From Candidatus Omnitrophota bacterium (GTDB lineage Bacteria > Ratteibacteria > UBA8468 > B48-G9 > JAFGKM01), in NCBI GenBank assembly GCA_023819375.1, contig JAMWDI010000001.1, positions 107,685 to 171,684 on the forward strand: 64,000 bases of DNA, in the 5' to 3' direction. The position numbers and the translations under genes are program-made. The notes under the pieces were generated by a model, which was not told the DNA's origin, ran no database searches, and saw only the letters and a list, made by a program, of their open reading frames with translations. Position 1 is the stretch's first letter. Every line of letters starts with the position of its first letter. Below, piece by piece: positions 17,736-26,880 of the stretch.

Positions 17736-18980
17736 ATGGAGGAAAGAAAATTAATAATAAGATTGAGTGAAATTTTATTATTTATAGTATTTACTACTGT
17801 TCTATTTTATGCTTTTGCTTTTTCTGAGCCTTTAAAACCATTGAAATTAATTTTAAAAGAGATGTTGCCCTCCTTAGGAATTACTCTGTTTTTTCTTTTT
17901 TTATGTTTTAGAACTATTGAATACTATCATAATCAGATTTTAAAACAAAAAAAATTGAATGAGGAATTAAACGATTCTTTATTCAAATTAAGTTCAGATT
18001 TAAAAATTGAGAAACTGCTTCAAAATTCACTTGAAATTCTAATGAAGTTTTACGAAGGAGATATTGGAATATTATCAATAATTGGGGATGATCTAAAAAA
18101 ATTTGTTTCGACAGATGTAATTACAATAAACATTAATAATAAGTCAAATATTGAAAGGTTTGAAAAAAATAAAAATTGTGTTTATGTGACAATTTCGCCA
18201 GATAAAATTTCGGTTAAAGAAGAAAATTTAATAAAAAAATTAATTAATGAGTATGGATTACAAAGTTGTATGGGTATAATTGTTTTTCCCATTTATACAG
18301 AAAAAGTGACAAAAGCAATAGGTATTATAGGGATTTACAAGAAGAAAAAGAAAGAAATTTTAAGAGATATTAGTAAAATCAAAATAATTAGTGAAGTTTT
18401 TATGCAACATTTAAATCTTGAAATTGAAAATTCTCTTTTAAATGAAAAATTGAATTATGCTTCAATAACAGATGCTTTAACAGAAGTTTATAACAGAAGA
18501 TATTTTAATATAAGATTGAAAGAAGAATTTGCAAGAGCAAAAAGAGAGGGATATCCTGTCTCAATAATGATTTCAGATCTTGATAATTTCAAAAAATATG
18601 TTGATACTTATGGCCATCCTATGGGAGATATTATTTTAAAAGAACTTGCCAATTTACTTAAATATTCTATCAGAGAAACAGACATACTTTGTAGATTTGG
18701 TGGAGATGAATTCGCTTATATTCTACCTTTTACTCCAAGTAAAGAAGCCCAGATAGTTGCAGAAAGATTAAAATCAAATGTAGAAAACTATAGATTTTTG
18801 AAAGAATATATAAATGATAAAGATGTAAAATTAACATTAAGCATTGGAATTGCAACTTTTCCAGAACATGGAAATACTGAAGAAGAAATTTTGTCAAAAG
18901 CAGATAATGCTCTTTTTCAAGCAAAAAATATAGGAAAAAATTTAGTTATAGTTTATAGTGAAAATGGAGGAACAAAATGA
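17736..18980 (+). CDS. Diguanylate cyclase (GGDEF domain) with N-terminal membrane/sensor region
   Basis: 414 aa. N-terminal TM helices, central sensor-like region, C-terminal GGDEF domain with RFGGDEF active-site motif. Confidence 0.85.
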   Translation: MEERKLIIRLSEILLFIVFTTVLFYAFAFSEPLKPLKLILKEMLPSLGITLFFLFLCFRTIEYYHNQILKQKKLNEELNDSLFKLSSDLKIEKLLQNSLEILMKFYEGDIGILSIIGDDLKKFVSTDVITININNKSNIERFEKNKNCVYVTISPDKISVKEENLIKKLINEYGLQSCMGIIVFPIYTEKVTKAIGIIGIYKKKKKEILRDISKIKIISEVFMQHLNLEIENSLLNEKLNYASITDALTEVYNRRYFNIRLKEEFARAKREGYPVSIMISDLDNFKKYVDTYGHPMGDIILKELANLLKYSIRETDILCRFGGDEFAYILPFTPSKEAQIVAERLKSNVENYRFLKEYINDKDVKLTLSIGIATFPEHGNTEEEILSKADNALFQAKNIGKNLVIVYSENGGTK

Positions 18981-19540
18981 TCAAGGAAATTCCGTTACTT
19001 TTATATTTGAATTCACTAACTTTTATAATTTGGATAATTACAACTATTCTTTTCAGAATTAAAAAAGTAAAAGGATTTGTTGCATTAATTCTATCATTGA
19101 TATTTACATTTTTTGTTTTTTATTATAATTATCTCATTTTGTTTGAAAAACCAACCTTACAAAGTTTTGAAAAATATGAAAATATGGGAAAAATAATTTT
19201 AAAACCACGAGTTGAAGAACATAAAGAAAGCCCTGAAATTTTTCTATTTGTAAAAATAAATGATAGTGTAATTAAAATAGGACTTGGTGATGAAATTGAA
19301 ATCAAAAAAAATACTACTTTTACAATTGAAGATGTTGAAGGAATTGATAAAGAAAATTTAAAAGTAAATTTTGTTGGTTTTGTTGGAAATCAAAAATATA
19401 ATGATGGTCAAGATATTGGATATAAAATTAATTATAAAGATTTGAGAAAAAATAAAGCAATTGAAAAGGATAAATATGAAATTGAGATTAAAAAGAAAGA
19501 TAAAAAAATTGGATCTGTTTTCGTTAAATTTGTAGATTGA
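18977..19540 (+). CDS. Hypothetical membrane-anchored protein
   Basis: 187 aa. Two N-terminal hydrophobic helices then a Lys/Glu-rich soluble domain. ATGA overlap with the GGDEF gene. No recognisable family. Confidence 0.4.
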   Translation: MIKEIPLLLYLNSLTFIIWIITTILFRIKKVKGFVALILSLIFTFFVFYYNYLILFEKPTLQSFEKYENMGKIILKPRVEEHKESPEIFLFVKINDSVIKIGLGDEIEIKKNTTFTIEDVEGIDKENLKVNFVGFVGNQKYNDGQDIGYKINYKDLRKNKAIEKDKYEIEIKKKDKKIGSVFVKFVD

Positions 19541-19541
19541 A

Positions 19542-20450
19542 ATGGTTTCTTATCTTATGTTAGAGTTGTCTGAAATTGAAAAACGTTCTTTTTTGCTTTT
19601 TGAAAAGTTGAAAAATTGTAATTTATGTGGTTGGGAATGTAATATTGATAGATATTCTAAAAAATCTCATTGCAGAAGTGGGATTGAACTTAAAATTTCA
19701 AGTTATGGACCACATTTTGGAGAAGAAAGGATAATTTCTGGAAAAAGAGGATCAGGAACCATATTTTTCACAAATTGCTCATTAAAATGTGTTTACTGTC
19801 AAAATTATGATATAAGCCAACTTGGAAATGGATATGTAATTTCAGAAGAGGATCTTTCAAATATAATGCTTAAATTACAAAATTTAGGATGTCATAATAT
19901 TAATCTTGTCACACCAACTCATTTTTTGCCTCAGATTTTAAAGGGAATTTTTCTTGCAATAAAAAAGGGCTTGAAAATTCCATTTGTGTATAATTGTGGC
20001 GGATATGAAAATGTAGAAACACTAAAAATTCTGGATGGTATAATTGATATTTATATGCCAGATGCAAAATATGGAGATAACGAAAAAGGTAAAAAATACT
20101 CTGGAATCCCTGATTATTGGGATAAATGCAAAAGGGCCTTGATTGAAATGAAAAGACAAGTTGGAGATATAGTTTTAAATGAAGAAAAAGTTGCAATAAA
20201 AGGACTTTTAATAAGACATCTTATTCTTCCAAATGATATTTCCTCAACAGAAAAAGTTTTAAAATTTATTAAAGAAGAACTTGGTGAAAATACCTGGATA
20301 AGTTTACTAAGTCAATACCATCCTGAATATAAAGCCTATATGTATCCAGAAATAGATAGAAGAATTACTTACGAAGAATATTATAAATCTGTTGAAATTG
20401 TTGAAAAAATTGGTTTGAAAAATGTTATTTATCAGGGATTTTTAATATGA
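19542..20450 (+). CDS. Radical SAM protein, PflX/COG1313-like (putative activating enzyme)
   Basis: 302 aa. CxxxCxxC radical SAM motif (CSLKCVYCQN), N-terminal Cys cluster (CNLCGWECN), ISSYGPHFGEE block. Confidence 0.55.
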   Translation: MVSYLMLELSEIEKRSFLLFEKLKNCNLCGWECNIDRYSKKSHCRSGIELKISSYGPHFGEERIISGKRGSGTIFFTNCSLKCVYCQNYDISQLGNGYVISEEDLSNIMLKLQNLGCHNINLVTPTHFLPQILKGIFLAIKKGLKIPFVYNCGGYENVETLKILDGIIDIYMPDAKYGDNEKGKKYSGIPDYWDKCKRALIEMKRQVGDIVLNEEKVAIKGLLIRHLILPNDISSTEKVLKFIKEELGENTWISLLSQYHPEYKAYMYPEIDRRITYEEYYKSVEIVEKIGLKNVIYQGFLI

Positions 20451-21118
20451 AAAAAAGCATAATTATAAGTTTTGAAGGTATTGATGGTTGTGGAAAAACG
20501 ACAATTGTTAAAAAATTTTATAAATATTTAAAAAAGAAAAAATTAGATGCAATAGTTCTTCACGAACCAGGTTCTACGCATGTTGGAGAAAAAATAAGAA
20601 GAATTTTACTTAATAAAAATATAAGCATAAACAAATACTGTGAATTATTTCTATATCTGGCAAGTAGAATACAATTAATTGAAGAAAAAATTAAAAAATA
20701 TTTTGACAAAAATAAAATTATTATTTTAGATAGATACATTGATTCTACTTTTGCCTATCAAGGATATGGAAGAAAAATCCCATTGAAATTTATTGAAAAA
20801 ATACACAAAAAACTTATTTCTCCAAAATTTATTCCTGATATTACATTTTTAATTGATGAGAAACCAGAAAACTTAATAAAAATTCTTAAAAACAAAAAGG
20901 CTGATAGAATAGAAAAGGAATCTATTGAATTTCAGAAAAGAGTAAGAAAGGGGTATTTAAAACTTGCAACGAAAAACAAAAGGATCAAAATAATAAGAAG
21001 AGAAGATGAAGAAACAACTTTTAAAAAAGTTTTAAAGGAATGGGAGACTTTCTTAAATGAAAACAGAGGAAATAAAAAAATTTTTTCTAAAATCAAAGGA
21101 AAAAAACAGAATATTTAA
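20447..21118 (+). CDS. tmk: Thymidylate kinase
   Basis: 223 aa. P-loop FEGIDGCGKTT, DRY-like block LDRYIDS, lid region. Confidence 0.85.
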   Translation: MKKSIIISFEGIDGCGKTTIVKKFYKYLKKKKLDAIVLHEPGSTHVGEKIRRILLNKNISINKYCELFLYLASRIQLIEEKIKKYFDKNKIIILDRYIDSTFAYQGYGRKIPLKFIEKIHKKLISPKFIPDITFLIDEKPENLIKILKNKKADRIEKESIEFQKRVRKGYLKLATKNKRIKIIRREDEETTFKKVLKEWETFLNENRGNKKIFSKIKGKKQNI

Positions 21119-21908
21119 TGCATATATAATTTATGGGGGGAACAAAAAAGAAAGAGAAGAAATTGCTCTTTTTTTTGCTGGTGTTTTGAATTGTAAAAAT
21201 GAAAATTACTGTGAAAGTTGTGAAAATTGTAAAAAAATAAAAAATAAAAGCCATCCAGACATAAGATGGGTTATTCCAGAAAAAAGCATTCTTTCAATTG
21301 ATGATGTGAGGGAAATCAAAAAAGATCTTTTTATTCAGCCATATTCAGGTAAATATAAAATTTATATTTTTCAAATTGAATATATAAAAGAAGAAGCAAG
21401 CAGTGCTTTTTTGAAAATTTTAGAAGAACCACCTCCTTATGGAATTTTAATTCTTCTTGTTCCAAATATAAATTTCCTACTTCCCACAATTATTTCAAGA
21501 TGTTTTAAAATTTATTTAAATTATAAATTACCAGATTATAATAAAGAAATGGAAAAGGCAAAAGAAGAATTCTGGGAACTGATAAAAGATGTTGAAAATA
21601 AAAATTTCTTTGATTTTTTCAAAAAAATAGATTTTATGAGCAAAAACAAAGAAAGAGAAGAAGTGGAAAAATGGATAGAGGATATATTGTATTACATAAG
21701 AGATTTATTTTTACAACTGAATAATTTCCCTCAAAGTTTTTTAATAGATAAAAATTTAAAGAATGAAAAACATTGGACCTTTGAAATTTCTTTAATAGAA
21801 AAGATATGGAATATAAAACAAAGAATAAGGTATAATATAAACGTAAAACTTGCACTGGAAAATATAGTATTTCAAGTTATTTTAAATAGTTTAAAATTTG
21901 ACAAATAA
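21057..21908 (+). CDS. holB: DNA polymerase III delta-prime subunit
   Basis: 283 aa. AAA+-like N-terminus (NAYIIYGG), Cys-rich zinc module (CKNENYCESCENC), typical position after tmk. Overlaps tmk by 62 nt; start uncertain. Confidence 0.7.
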   Translation: MKTEEIKKFFLKSKEKNRIFNAYIIYGGNKKEREEIALFFAGVLNCKNENYCESCENCKKIKNKSHPDIRWVIPEKSILSIDDVREIKKDLFIQPYSGKYKIYIFQIEYIKEEASSAFLKILEEPPPYGILILLVPNINFLLPTIISRCFKIYLNYKLPDYNKEMEKAKEEFWELIKDVENKNFFDFFKKIDFMSKNKEREEVEKWIEDILYYIRDLFLQLNNFPQSFLIDKNLKNEKHWTFEISLIEKIWNIKQRIRYNINVKLALENIVFQVILNSLKFDK

Positions 21909-21911
21909 AAT

Positions 21912-21995
21912 GCCGAAGTGGCGGAATGGAAGACGCGCCAGGTTCAGGACCTGGTGAGGTAAAACCTCGTAGGGGTTCAAATCCCCTCTTCGGCA
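21912..21995 (+). tRNA. tRNA-Leu (anticodon CAG), class II with long variable arm
   Basis: Manual cloverleaf: acceptor GCCGAAG/CTTCGGC, D-stem GCG/CGC, anticodon stem CCAGG/CCTGG with loop TTCAGGA (anticodon CAG, G37), variable arm TGAGGTAAAACCTCGTA, T-arm AGGGG-TTCAAAT-CCCCT, discriminator A. No encoded 3' CCA. Confidence 0.8.
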
Positions 21996-22006
21996 ATAAT
22001 TAATTT

Positions 22007-23389
22007 CTAACAATCTTCAAAAGTAAAACCTCTTTTGAAAATTTTTAAAGTTTTCTTTACGACTTCGCCATCATAAAGTATATTAGAATTATTTTTTATT
22101 TCTTCCAATGCTCTTTCCAGTAAAAGTTTTGGTCTATAAGGTCTATGAGAACTCATTGCCTCAACAACATCTGCAACAGACAGAATTCTTGATTCCAAAA
22201 TAATCTCTTCACCCTTCAATCCAAACGGATATCCACTACCATTTAATCTTTCATGATGTTGAATAATAATCTTAGCGATATCCCATGGAAATTCTATATT
22301 TTTAACGATATTAGCACCATATTCAGGATGCATTTTTATAAAATCCCATTCAATATTATTTAATTTACCAGGTTTGGCAAGAATATCTGTTGGGATATAA
22401 ATTTTTCCTATATCATGTAACAAAGAAACAATCTTCATTCCTTCAATCAAACTCCCTGAAAATCCTAATTCTTTTGCAATTTCTACTGACAATTTTGCCA
22501 CTCTTTTTTGATGATTAAAAGTATATGGATCCCTTTGTGTTAACGTTTCAGACAAAGCCATCACTGCTTGATTTAACATCCTTTTTGTACTATTTATAGC
22601 CTCCCTCAAATTTTCAATCATCATTTTCCTTTCGGTAACATCTCTAAAACATAATAGAATACCTTCTTCATTAATAAAATTAATTTTTTTCCCTATTGTT
22701 TCTATAAAAAATCTTGCTCCTTTACTATCTCTTATTTCATGTTCTATAAAATAACCACTTTTATTTTTATTTACAAGTTTCAGATTCTGCTCAAATTCTT
22801 CTTTATTTATAATAAAATCAAAAAGATTTTTTCCGATAAAGTTTTCAACTTTATCATACCCAAATAAATTTGCTCCTATAAAATTTGAAAAAAGAACCCA
22901 GCCTTCTTTATCAATAACGACTATTCCATCAAGAAGTGTTTCTGTTAAAATCTTATATTTCTCTTCAGATTCTTTTATTTTCAAAAAAGAAACTTTTTCC
23001 TCTGTAATATCTCTTACTATTGCTACTCTTAAAGTTTTATCTTTATATTTAATATTCTTAACTTTAACCTTAAGAATAATTTCCAAGCCATCCTTTCTGG
23101 TACATCTTGTCTCAAATTCGCCTTCCTTTTCTTCTTTTAATATTTCCAACCAAAAATTTTTTTCACTTTCACTACATAAATCCCATATTTTTTTCCCAAT
23201 TATCTCATTTTTCTCATATCCAAAAATTTCTGCATATTTTTCATTGCAATATATAATTTCTCCTCTATAATTAATACTGAACCCCTCTCCAATCATCAAA
23301 CATATATTTTTCAAAATTTCATTATTTAAAAACCCCTTCTCTATTTCTTTTCTCAATATTTCTAACTCATCTTTATTATTCTTTTTCAT
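22007..23389 (-). CDS. PAS-domain sensor with HD-GYP domain (putative c-di-GMP phosphodiesterase)
   Basis: 460 aa. Two PAS-like regions, C-terminal HD domain (LLHDIGK) and HHERLNGSGYP HD-GYP signature. Confidence 0.8.
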   Translation of the reverse strand: MKKNNKDELEILRKEIEKGFLNNEILKNICLMIGEGFSINYRGEIIYCNEKYAEIFGYEKNEIIGKKIWDLCSESEKNFWLEILKEEKEGEFETRCTRKDGLEIILKVKVKNIKYKDKTLRVAIVRDITEEKVSFLKIKESEEKYKILTETLLDGIVVIDKEGWVLFSNFIGANLFGYDKVENFIGKNLFDFIINKEEFEQNLKLVNKNKSGYFIEHEIRDSKGARFFIETIGKKINFINEEGILLCFRDVTERKMMIENLREAINSTKRMLNQAVMALSETLTQRDPYTFNHQKRVAKLSVEIAKELGFSGSLIEGMKIVSLLHDIGKIYIPTDILAKPGKLNNIEWDFIKMHPEYGANIVKNIEFPWDIAKIIIQHHERLNGSGYPFGLKGEEIILESRILSVADVVEAMSSHRPYRPKLLLERALEEIKNNSNILYDGEVVKKTLKIFKRGFTFEDC

Positions 23390-23400
23390 TTTTGTAAAGA

Positions 23401-24345
23401 TTATATTTTAACATAATTGAAACTTGCATCAAACATATTTTCAAGTAAAAAACTGCTTATTGTTATTCCTCTAATTTCATTTATTTCAATTTCTTTTGGT
23501 ATTAAAATTTTAATTTCTTCATCCCTTTTTTCTTTTATAATTCCCAAAACTATATCCTCAAAAAATTTATTTTTTAAACAACATAGAAAACCTTTTAAAT
23601 CAATTTCAAAGACATCAGAAAATTTATTTAAATTCTTAAAATTTATCATTTTTATTGAAACTTCATTCAGTTTAATAATCAATTCTTTCAAGTTTTGAAA
23701 ATATTTACTAAATATTTTCTTTCTATAATTTGCTCTTTCTTCCATACTTTTTACAGGAATATTTTCTATTTTAATCCTTTCATATTTCATACCAGAATAC
23801 TTCAAAAATCTTACAATTTCTTCAAGTTCATTTTCTTTTTCAAGAAGAATAATAAAATCAGGTTTTAAAATTTCAATTTTATTAATTTTCAAAGATATTG
23901 CAAGTTTATCTCTTATATACCCAGTTGTATCAACTAAAATTTTCCCATTTTTATTTTCAAGATAATTGTTTATTTTAATCACACCTGTCAAAAATTCATT
24001 AATTGAAAAAGATGGTGCAATTATTCCTGTAAAATATAATTTTTCTGGATTTAAATAAAAATCATCTCCAATTTTTTCTTTCAATTTTGCATAACCAATT
24101 GTTGTTGGAGGACCAACATGAGATTGTCCTATATCACAATCAAAAATATATACTTCCTCTTTTTCAAATAAAAAATTTGCAATATTTTTTATTAAAGTTG
24201 TTTTTCCTGTATCACTTCCACCTATAAACATTATTTTTTTTATTTCTTTTTTAAGAAATATTTCAAATTCTTCTTTTTTTAAAACTTCAAATTCTTCCAT
24301 TTTGCAACTAAATACCCTATTATTTTGTAAATTAATTTTCCACAC
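23401..24345 (-). CDS. Clp1/Grc3-like P-loop polynucleotide kinase family protein
   Basis: 314 aa. Walker A GGSDTGKTT followed by FDCDIGQSHVGPPTTIGYA, matching the Clp1 D-x-D-x-GQ 'clasp'. Start uncertain; overlaps the agmatinase gene. Confidence 0.5.
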   Translation of the reverse strand: MWKINLQNNRVFSCKMEEFEVLKKEEFEIFLKKEIKKIMFIGGSDTGKTTLIKNIANFLFEKEEVYIFDCDIGQSHVGPPTTIGYAKLKEKIGDDFYLNPEKLYFTGIIAPSFSINEFLTGVIKINNYLENKNGKILVDTTGYIRDKLAISLKINKIEILKPDFIILLEKENELEEIVRFLKYSGMKYERIKIENIPVKSMEERANYRKKIFSKYFQNLKELIIKLNEVSIKMINFKNLNKFSDVFEIDLKGFLCCLKNKFFEDIVLGIIKEKRDEEIKILIPKEIEINEIRGITISSFLLENMFDASFNYVKI

Positions 24346-25172
24346 ATTAAAGAAGAGGAAGTAAATATCTTTGAGGGAGAAAGTTCTACAAGATCAAAAC
24401 CACAAATTTCAATGTCTTTCCTAAAAATTAAATTTTTCAAAAATTCATTTGTTTCCTCCCAGTAAAAGCCCCCAGGTTCAGGTGTTCCAGTTTCTGGAAT
24501 TAGTGATGGATCAAAAAAATCAACGTCAATTGAAAGATAATATTTTCCAGACGGTATCTCATTTATTATCTTCTCCATCCATTTTTCTTTTTTCATTTGA
24601 TAAGAATAATAAATTTTTATTTTTCTATTACCTTTTAAAAACTCAAATTCCTCTTTACTTATACTTCTAACCCCTAAAATGTAAAGACTGCAATTCTCTT
24701 CATAAATTCTTTTGTTAACACAGGCATGGGAATATTTTGTTCCATTATATTTTTCTCTTAAGTCAGAATGGGCATCAAGACATATATAATTTAAATCATT
24801 AAAATACCTTTTATATGCTCTGAATAATCCCAAAGTTATTGTGTGTTCTCCTCCAATTCCAATAACAAATTTATTTTTTTTCAAATAAGAAGATATTTTT
24901 TTTTCTATTTTCTTGATCATTTTCTCAGGAGAAGAAAAATCAATTTCAAGTTCGTCTTCAGTTTTTATCCCTATTTCATAAGGTTCAATTTCAAGTTCTT
25001 CATCAAAAAGTTCAAAATTTCTTGAAGAGTAAATTATACTGATAGGAGCAAATTTTGTTCCTGAATTACCAGTAAGTGTACATTCATATCCAATAGGAAA
25101 AATTATAAATTTTGCTTTTTCAAAAGACACTTCTGGTATAGAAAGAAAATTAAAAGGAATTTTGTTCTCCAT
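24279..25172 (-). CDS. speB: Agmatinase / arginase-family ureohydrolase
   Basis: 297 aa. Mn-binding motifs GGEHTIT, DAHSDLR, SIDVDFFDP. Confidence 0.75.
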   Translation of the reverse strand: MENKIPFNFLSIPEVSFEKAKFIIFPIGYECTLTGNSGTKFAPISIIYSSRNFELFDEELEIEPYEIGIKTEDELEIDFSSPEKMIKKIEKKISSYLKKNKFVIGIGGEHTITLGLFRAYKRYFNDLNYICLDAHSDLREKYNGTKYSHACVNKRIYEENCSLYILGVRSISKEEFEFLKGNRKIKIYYSYQMKKEKWMEKIINEIPSGKYYLSIDVDFFDPSLIPETGTPEPGGFYWEETNEFLKNLIFRKDIEICGFDLVELSPSKIFTSSSLMCGKLIYKIIGYLVAKWKNLKF

Positions 25173-25212
25173 TTTACTTTTATTTTTTTTATGTTAATAT
25201 TATACAATAAAT

Positions 25213-26880
25213 ATGGAAAGAAAAGAATTAGGACAGATTTTACTTGAAAAGGGTTTAATTACGCTTGAACAATTAAATGAAGCACTTGAATTACAAAATG
25301 AAACAAAAAAATTTCTGGGAGAAATACTTATTGAAAAAGGTTATATAAAAAAAGAAGATATCTGGCAAGCATTAACTGAACAAAAAAAAGCAGATTCTGT
25401 GTCTCTATCAAAACTAAAAGGTTTAAAGCCAGAAATTGTAAAAATTATAGATGAAAATATAGCAAGAAGGTTTATTTGTATTCCAATAGCAAAAGAAGAT
25501 GATATTTTGGTAGTTGCAATGAAAGATCCAGCCGATATAGTTGCAATAGATACTTTAAGAAGACTAACAGGATATAAAATTAAAGTAGTTAAAGGTGATG
25601 AAAAAGAAATAATTGAGTTTTTAGATAAATTTTTCTCTAGTTTTGACACTTTTCCAGAAACAATTTCAGAACTTGAAGAAATTTCAGAAGAAAAAGAAGA
25701 ATTAGACGTAGATCAACTTAAAGTTGCTGCTGAAGATGCACCTGTGATTAAATTTGTCAATTCTTTATTTGCAAATGCTATTGAAAAAAGAGCCACGGAT
25801 ATTCATCTTGAACCAGGTGAAAGAAATGTTTATATAAGATTCAGAATAGACGGTGTCCTTTATAATTTTACTTCACCTCCAAAAAGTTCATATCCTGCAA
25901 TTGTAACAAGAATTAAAATTTTATCAAATCTTGATATTGGAGAAAGAAGATTACCACAGGATGGAAGATTTAAGATAAAATTAAGAGAAAAAGAAGTTGA
26001 CGTAAGAGTTTCAACTCTACCTACTATTTATGGGGAAAAGGTAGTTTTAAGATTATTAGATAAAGAAAAACTTGTTTTAGATTTAGAAATGCTTGGATTT
26101 GAAAAAGAAGAATTAGAAAAATTCAAAAAAGCATTGAAAAGACCATATGGAATGATAATAGTAACAGGACCAACTGGAAGTGGGAAAACAACAACTTTGT
26201 ATTCTGGATTGAGTTTTATAAACACCCCTGAAAAAAATATAATTACAATTGAAGATCCTGTTGAATATCAACTTGAAGGAATAAATCAGGTTCAGGTTAA
26301 ACCTAAAATAGGATTAACATTTGCAAATGTATTAAGACATATTTTAAGACAGGACCCAGATGTAATTATGGTTGGCGAAATAAGAGATTTAGAAACTGCT
26401 CAAATAGCAATTCAAGCCTCTTTAACTGGACATCTTGTTATAACTACTTTACATACAAATGATACTGTATCTACAATTTCTAGACTTTATTATATGGGCG
26501 TAGAACCATATCTTATAGCAGACGCAGTGACTATTGTTATTTCACAAAGATTGGTAAGAAAAATTTGTAGTGAGTGCAAAATAATTGATAAGAAAGATAC
26601 AGAAACACTTAAAAATTTAGGATATAAAGAATTTATTGCATATAGAGGGAAAGGATGCTCTTTTTGTAATTACACAGGGTATTATGGAAGAATAGGAATT
26701 TTTGAAGTTTTAGAATTTACAGAAGGGATAAGAGAAATGATTCTTAATAAAAAAAGTGATGACGAAATACGGGATTATGCTATAAAACTTGGCATGAAAA
26801 CTTTAAAAGAATCTGCTATAAAAAAGGTCATTGATGGAATTACATCTCTTCCTGAAGCAATGACGGTAACAATTATATGA
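25213..26880 (+). CDS. pilB: Type IV pilus assembly ATPase PilB (GspE family)
   Basis: 555 aa. N-terminal T2SE_N domain, Walker A GPTGSGKTT, Asp and His boxes, C-terminal CxxC...CxxC tetracysteine. Confidence 0.9.
   Translation: MERKELGQILLEKGLITLEQLNEALELQNETKKFLGEILIEKGYIKKEDIWQALTEQKKADSVSLSKLKGLKPEIVKIIDENIARRFICIPIAKEDDILVVAMKDPADIVAIDTLRRLTGYKIKVVKGDEKEIIEFLDKFFSSFDTFPETISELEEISEEKEELDVDQLKVAAEDAPVIKFVNSLFANAIEKRATDIHLEPGERNVYIRFRIDGVLYNFTSPPKSSYPAIVTRIKILSNLDIGERRLPQDGRFKIKLREKEVDVRVSTLPTIYGEKVVLRLLDKEKLVLDLEMLGFEKEELEKFKKALKRPYGMIIVTGPTGSGKTTTLYSGLSFINTPEKNIITIEDPVEYQLEGINQVQVKPKIGLTFANVLRHILRQDPDVIMVGEIRDLETAQIAIQASLTGHLVITTLHTNDTVSTISRLYYMGVEPYLIADAVTIVISQRLVRKICSECKIIDKKDTETLKNLGYKEFIAYRGKGCSFCNYTGYYGRIGIFEVLEFTEGIREMILNKKSDDEIRDYAIKLGMKTLKESAIKKVIDGITSLPEAMTVTII

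Noticed and set aside
21912-21995. Alternative reading of the class II tRNA as tRNA-Ser or tRNA-Tyr
   Set aside because: The anticodon loop TTCAGGA gives anticodon CAG with G37, which specifies Leu. The long variable arm alone does not discriminate.
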